A stretch of 64,000 bases of DNA from the NCBI GenBank assembly GCA_020536535.1, contig JAHLWZ010000805.1, positions 1-64,000 on the forward strand. The letters run 5' to 3'. The translations under genes were made by a program, and so were the position numbers. Shown here piece by piece: positions 57,901 to 64,000 of the stretch; the stretch's first letter is position 1, and every line of letters begins with the position of its first letter. Origin of the DNA: Pelomyxa schiedti. Lineage: Eukaryota; Protista; Evosea. The notes under the pieces are model-generated. The model had not been told where the DNA came from, searched no databases, and was given only the letters and a program-made list of their open reading frames with translations.

Positions 57901-60900
57901 TGTCAGGTGGTGGCTAGAAATAGGTTTTAAACATAACTTACAATCGTTATACCTCAATCCCTATCGAAGAGCTCAACTCCAAAACGTTGGAATGTAGTGA
58001 AGATGCTGTCTGACTGTGACTTCGCACAGGTCTCAATCCACCTAGGAAGTCAGCGGTTTCTGTGTGCTGGTGGCAGTTTACCATATACAGTGCAGAGTGG
58101 GCAAGTTCGGCCCACACTTGACATACTGTAGTTTTGGCACTTCCTGTAACACCCACAAGTAGCACAGGTTCCTTTTACCAACCCCATTCTTAGATGAAGG
58201 TAATTTATTTTTAATTAATAATATCCTGTGGCTCACCTTGTGGGAAAAGCACTTATTCAATAAAGTAAACAGTCGCTGCATGCTTGGTGTCCAAACAATT
58301 TGATCAAAGATTGGAGTTTGGCCAGTCAAATTGCTATTAGACTTCTCAATAGAAGCTTGTGTCATTGCATGCACAGATGATGCTGTGGCAGATGCAAATA
58401 TTGACTCCACATTGATTTCAACTTTCATGTATTTCTCAAGTGCTTGTTTTATCACAAGCTTGTCCTCTGGTTTACGGAGTCTTTCAGCTAGAAGGCAATA
58501 ACCTTCTTCTGCCAACTCCTGTAGACTAGAGGGGTGGCGTTGTGCCCAACGGAAGAGATCACTTAAAGATGTTAAATAGAGACAAGACAAAAGAAATGAG
58601 TACCGGAGAGTGACAAATGCATGCTTCCCTGAGAAAACTTCTGAAACAGTTCGATTTCGTTGAAGCTCTTTCATTACAGACACAATTTTTGCACTGTAGG
58701 AAGGAGGAATAATACACCGCCTTGTTAGAATTGTCTCAAGCTCTGGATCTGGTATCTCCTCGATATGAAGTTCTAAAAACCTATTTCTAAAGGCTCTGGA
58801 TAAAACCTATTCAGGTATTATTATTTTCAAGGCTTTTGGTGTGGGTTGTGTTAACCTTTCTTCCACCATACAACCCTGGCGGGTTTTGGGTGGCAAATAG
58901 CATAAACTGTGGGTGTGGTGTCACAACTTCTTGAGTCTCTGGAATGAATAGTTCACGGTTTGTATCTAGAAGTCTATTCAGGGCCTCAAGAACCTCACTT
59001 GGAGCCAAATTGAGTTCATCAAGTACAACCCAATAACCCTTGCAACAATTTAGAGAGAGAAAAGGGTAACACTACTACCTTTCTCACAGCTTCCACAAGA
59101 ATTCCTTCTTGGAAAACAAGTTTGCCTGTTTCAGTACCAACATATCTGTTTCACAAATGTAAAGGATAAGCCCAAGATACATAGATACACACGAGCCAAA
59201 GTACTCCTGCACATCAGTGTGCTCATGGTTGTTTATACGTACAAACCTGTTCAACATTAATGTTTCAGGGCAAAAAGAATTAGGCACACTTATGTCCTGT
59301 GCACTGTGCTATGTATTCCACCATGGAAGTTTTTCCTGCGGATGTGGGCCCTTGTAAAAGAACTGGATACTTTCCCAATACTACAGCACGAGCAAGATTG
59401 CGTAGATTACTACGAATTGAGGGTGTTATGATGTAATTGGCAGGTGGCGTTATGGGTAAAGAACTTGTGGACCCATGTGGGAGCCAGAACCCCTCAAATT
59501 GTACAGCATTTAGCTGAGGTTTTGGTGGTGCATGTAAATGATTGTGGGTTATCCTTTTCATTTATTAGTTGAAAAAGATATGAAGTGCCAGTGTTACCCT
59601 TTGGGATCAAGCTTTGACAGAAGTAAATTTTCCATTGTGAGAAGGGATTGTTGATTCAGTTGTGTCAGGAAACTCATAGAAAATCCATCGTATCTAGTAG
59701 AAACTAAGGAAACCATAACTATGTGGAAGAATACAGTGCCCGATTGAAGCCATATTGGTGTGTCATGCACACGGTGTATTGTAAGGCACGGCACAGTGTC
59801 CGTAAACTATAGTCGGGTCGTTGATTGGCACCATCTGAATCAGTGTAAGAACTTGGACATGACCTAGAGAAAACCTGAAAGAGATGTGGAGGCAAGTTTC
59901 CGTGCTTCCAAGTAAAAAGAAACAATGGGCTCTACTGGGATGCGATGCACCAAAGTCTAATTGAAGTCAGAACAACAAATAATCAAGAATTCCTTTTACT
60001 CACTTTCAAGTACTCTTGAACCACTATTGTCAAGTCCTCAGATGCAACCATTTCGTCAATAAAGAGCTCTGTGAATCTGCTGCGTAACCCTGGAGGTAAT
60101 TCTTTCTTTCCAACATCTGTTGGGGGATTCATGCATGCAAACAACCTGGTGGAGATTGTTTTAACTTTGTGGAAATGTTTTTCACTTCTTCTAACCTGAA
60201 GTTGGGATGTCGTGGAACAGGTTCAATGTTCCCGGCTTCTATCAACGTTAAGGAACCACCTTCCAGAAGGCCACTCAGACTCTGTAAACAAGTTAGTAAA
60301 AAGAGAGTGGTAGGAGGTGAACTTCTAACGTCTCAGTTGAGGCTAAGTTGATTTCATCCAATAGAAGCCACTCTCCATTCTTCACAGCTTTCACCAGAGC
60401 ACCTTCAACAAAGGAGAATGCAAATTTGTTGTGGAGTTGGTCTCTTTTTAGCACAAAAGACTCCAACATATCAGCAAACTCTGCCCACTGCTTGCGCAGT
60501 TGAGGATTTATAGAAGCTCTGTTTGATGGAGTGCTTTCACTATGACTTCCACCACTTTTTTTTTTCCTGCTGGACTCAGTAGAGGTGGTTGGAGTTGGAC
60601 TGTTTGCGGAATTCAACTTTTGACTCACAAGAAGGGAGACTTTTCTCATGTGTGATACAAAAGAGTTCCAGTCTTTATTGATGTATGTTGCTCGTATTCT
60701 GCAAAGAAAATCGGCGTTTGCCTTGGAAGAGTTATTTTGGGATCACATTGTAACTACACACCTGTCTGGAAAAGGTTTTTGGGAACAAGGTTTCAAATAA
60801 AGCCATTAATGGTTCACACAGGCGCTGCAGTTCCACAGGCCGAAATCCTCCCAGCAAGTCACTACTCTCTGTTTGTTCATTCAGATTCTAATCCCAAATT

Positions 60901-63900
60901 AGATTTTACAAGAGAAAAGGAATCAAAAGCAACCTGAACAACAAGTTTTTGATGTAATTGCTGAGCTAGGTGTTGGACTGTTGCAGTTTTCCCTGTTCCA
61001 GTCTCCCCAACAAGTAGCACAGGCTCACTGCGAGCAACACATGCAGCAATACGCTCCATAGTGCGCAGGACATGAGAAGTGTAGGCAAAAGGCAAGTTAC
61101 CAGTTTGCCTACTTGGAGCATTAACCACAATGTCTTCAGGTGATGTAGAATCCATTGGAATGGGAATATTGGTGGAACTTTGGGTACTTGGGGGTACCCC
61201 AGGTGACACTGACCTTTTGACGCCCACTGGCTTGATATCACTGTCTGTACTTGGTGACCCAACTCTCCCTGGAGTGGCTGACCTATCCACAAGCTCCACA
61301 TCCTTTGGGGTGCCACTAATAGGTTTTCCAGCTGTAAAACGGGACGATGTGCTGGACTCGCCACATAGAGCTAAGGGTAGAGTAACTCGTCCAATTGTGA
61401 GGCGACCCCCATTTGACTGAATTGGAGGCCGGTATAGAGTTGTGTAATAGGTGACACGGTCAGCAAACATCCCCCAGCAAGATGCCAGAGTGTTAACAAA
61501 GAATTCTCTGATATGTCCTTGAGGATAGACCATGCAGAAGCAGTCCACACCTTCTCTATTAAAATTGTGTTGGAAGAAAGTTGGAGGAAGGTCTCCACAC
61601 ACAGGAAAATGATTTCAGCAAGGTATGATGACAGAGGTGTTTCAGGTGTAAGTGTAGAAATTATCTGCGAATCTAATCGGGCATGAACACGCACAACCCA
61701 CTTGAACAAGTCTCTGTAGGAGAGTTAAACACTTCTTTATCAGTCAAGAACCTGGAGGAGAAGTTTCTTGCAGCAATGGTGGGAATATTGCTAGATACAA
61801 TCTGTGAATTTTGGGCAGGTGTTCCCACTGGTTCTTGTTTTCCAGTCTGAGAAAGAGCATTGAAAGTAGCTGGGAAACAATTACACAAAGAAACAAGAGC
61901 AAACTATTGTTCTACCTATAAATCTTGGAGTGAGGGTCCATAGACTAGGCCACTTAATATTAATGATCCTTGAGAGTTCACTGGAAGATAATGTATTGAC
62001 AACCACACGGGTCCACATGCCTCCTAAAAGGGCTCCTCCTGTGGACTGCCTTCCTGCAAGGAGACCACCATCAGGTCCACGTGTGAGAGTTCTTGTAGCG
62101 AACAACTGAAATCCTGGTTGTGCCTCACACATCTAACATAGTTTAGGGATCAACATCTTGTAGAGCAGAGAAACCTCGCCTCTCCCAGGTATAAAAAGCC
62201 ACCGAGTTTCTAAAATTGGCAGCAAAACAGACTGGACGTCATGTGGAGCGAGATCTGACAAAACTTTTAGTAGTCTATAATAGAAACAATGGTAGAACTC
62301 ACCAATATCTTCAATCAGTATCCACATACCCTCTTGAACAGCCTATTCATGTCAGCCAAAGTTAGATGGGTACTTCCAGACCTGTGTAAGGGGACCAGGT
62401 TGCCATTTAAATTCACTTGGTATATCGGTTGCAATGTAACTTCCTAGAAGGGTTTTGGCATCAGCTTGGTCACCCAGGTGAACTTTTATCATATCTGCAC
62501 ATGAGAGAAAACAAGTAAGCTCGTGTCTTGGGGCAATGCCAAACCATTGTTTCCTGTTAAGGCAGCCATAAATTCTACTAGGGATGTTTTCCCTGCACCA
62601 GTTGGGCCTTCCAGCAGGACTGGTGACCCTTGGCTGATTGCAAGTGCAAGTGCGTGTAGGTTGCTCATTGTTGTTTGAGTTGAAACAAACTTTGGCTGAG
62701 TACTTTCAGAGCTGAGTTTTGTTCTAGATTTGGTTGGAAGAAGGACTCCACAAACTTCTGTCAACTGACTCACAAGATCTTCTGTCCCAGCACACCAAGT
62801 ATGACAACAGGGTGAACATTCCACCATTGTGGACAAGGGTGTAAGTTTGTCACTCATTGAAGTTACTGCTGAGTGTGCCTGGCACAAAACAGTTCCACAA
62901 AGCTGACTGCTCTCTGACGTGAATGGTAATGCTCTGTCCAATGCTTTCTGTTCTGTTCCCAGGACATAGTTGCATGTCTCCAATGGGGTTTGAATGGGGG
63001 TGTGCATTGACCAAGAGTGGCACAAAATGTTGTTGCACAAGGATTGAATTTGAGGTGAAGCAGAAAGTGAGAGCAAGTGACACAAACGCTGGTAATTTGG
63101 AATACTGGTGAGAAACATGGGATTCCCAAGATCAATAAAACGCAGAATGAATGTTAATTGTCTGATAAGGGTTTGCTCCTGCTTGTACGTAAGTTCTATG
63201 GTGGAATTTCGGTACTGTACATCAGCATTGTCTGTGATACTGATTGGAAACTGATGAAGAAACGCCAATGCCAAACTACAAAGGGAGGAAGGGGAAAAAA
63301 AAAAAACGTAAACAGAGCTTTTGCTTGTATGTTGACGAAGTACTTGGTTAAATGAGGTGACAAATACAACAAATGACTCAACATGTCATATACATCGTCG
63401 TTTGTGAGACTTGAAGGGGAGCTATTTCCAACAAGTTTCTGGGAGAGATATTAATTTAGTTCGTGTAAACGACAGTGTACCTGGTGAATGTGTAGCACCC
63501 TCATAGCTAAGTCCAAATGTAATGGTCGGGTAGACCGAGCCACATGTAGGGTGAATTTTGGATTTGCAAGGTGTTGTGCCAGTTCGTTTAAAACCTGGAT
63601 GGATATCACAAAATAACTACATGAGGGGAAAAAAAAAAAGTCAACAAGTGAAAACCTGTTGCCTATCAGCAGCAGTCCAATCTCTGGTCTAGAGGGCATT
63701 AATTAAATAATTTTTTTAAAAAGTCATCAACGAAAATAGGGGAAAAAAACCCAAAAATCAAAAACATACCCCCGAAATAAGAGACCGAGAGTATGTGTCC
63801 ACGGGTACGCCTTTTTCTATCAAGTTGGACAGAGTTTTCTTCAAATCAACCCTCAATGGCAACCACCACGAGCCACCCGTAGCATCTGGATTATGGGAGC

Positions 63901-63937
63901 AATCTGCTGTAGACTTCGTGGCACTCGCGGCACTCAT
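42955..63937 (-). CDS. MDN1: Midasin (Rea1/MDN1) AAA+ ATPase, complete, with dozens of short introns
   Basis: Six AAA modules (GPTGAGKTS, GETGTGKTA, GPTSAGKTS, GVTGSAKTT, GSPGVGKTS, GPTASGKTS; LLDEINLA, VLDELNLA), long linker, D/E-rich region, MIDAS domain (IDNSESM, ILSDG), ending LRQWFELLKQ*. First exon from ATG at 63937 splices to TRDWTAADRQQVLNELA. Confidence 0.96.
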
Positions 63938-64000
63938 CGCCTCCCGGTAGCGTACGGCGAGAATTAATGTTTTGTTCCTTATTTGCCGAGGAGGGGCAGT

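Noticed and set aside
63451-63699. ORF-track ATG at 63699 as the midasin start
   Set aside because: It lies in intron 1. The upstream exon from ATG 63937 splices in frame to give the midasin-like N-terminus.

Overview
Gene-dense eukaryotic genomic DNA using the standard code, with many short GT-AG introns (mostly ~30-60 nt) and very short intergenic gaps. Gene content and style suggest an amoebozoan, possibly Archamoebae/Pelomyxa-like; this is an inference from recall and was not checked. I hand-spliced about 15 protein genes: a RING protein (partial), a Sel1-repeat protein, a PhzF-family isomerase, a coiled-coil protein with a HEPN-like motif, a Kelch+degenerate-Ras+CaaX protein, a BK/Slo-type K+ channel, a RasGAP+CARMIL-like PH/LRR protein, a PIP kinase, a BRF2/PTF2-like TFIIB-family factor, a GRAM+Qbc-SNARE, PIMT, a complete ~21 kb midasin (MDN1) and several hypotheticals. 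There is also a doubly disabled Crinkler-type NTPase-REase pseudogene and a decayed pseudogene zone at ~32-35.8 kb. The most striking unexplained element is at 30,988-31,284: seven consecutive stem-loops that share a GACAUU loop but have different, compensating stems, with G-U pairs pointing to a + strand RNA. They lie inside an apparently spliced (5 predicted introns), ORF-less transcript with a CDE/CHR-like upstream element, making this a candidate multivalent 'sponge/scaffold' lncRNA. Exon boundaries were inferred by eye and no database searches were run.
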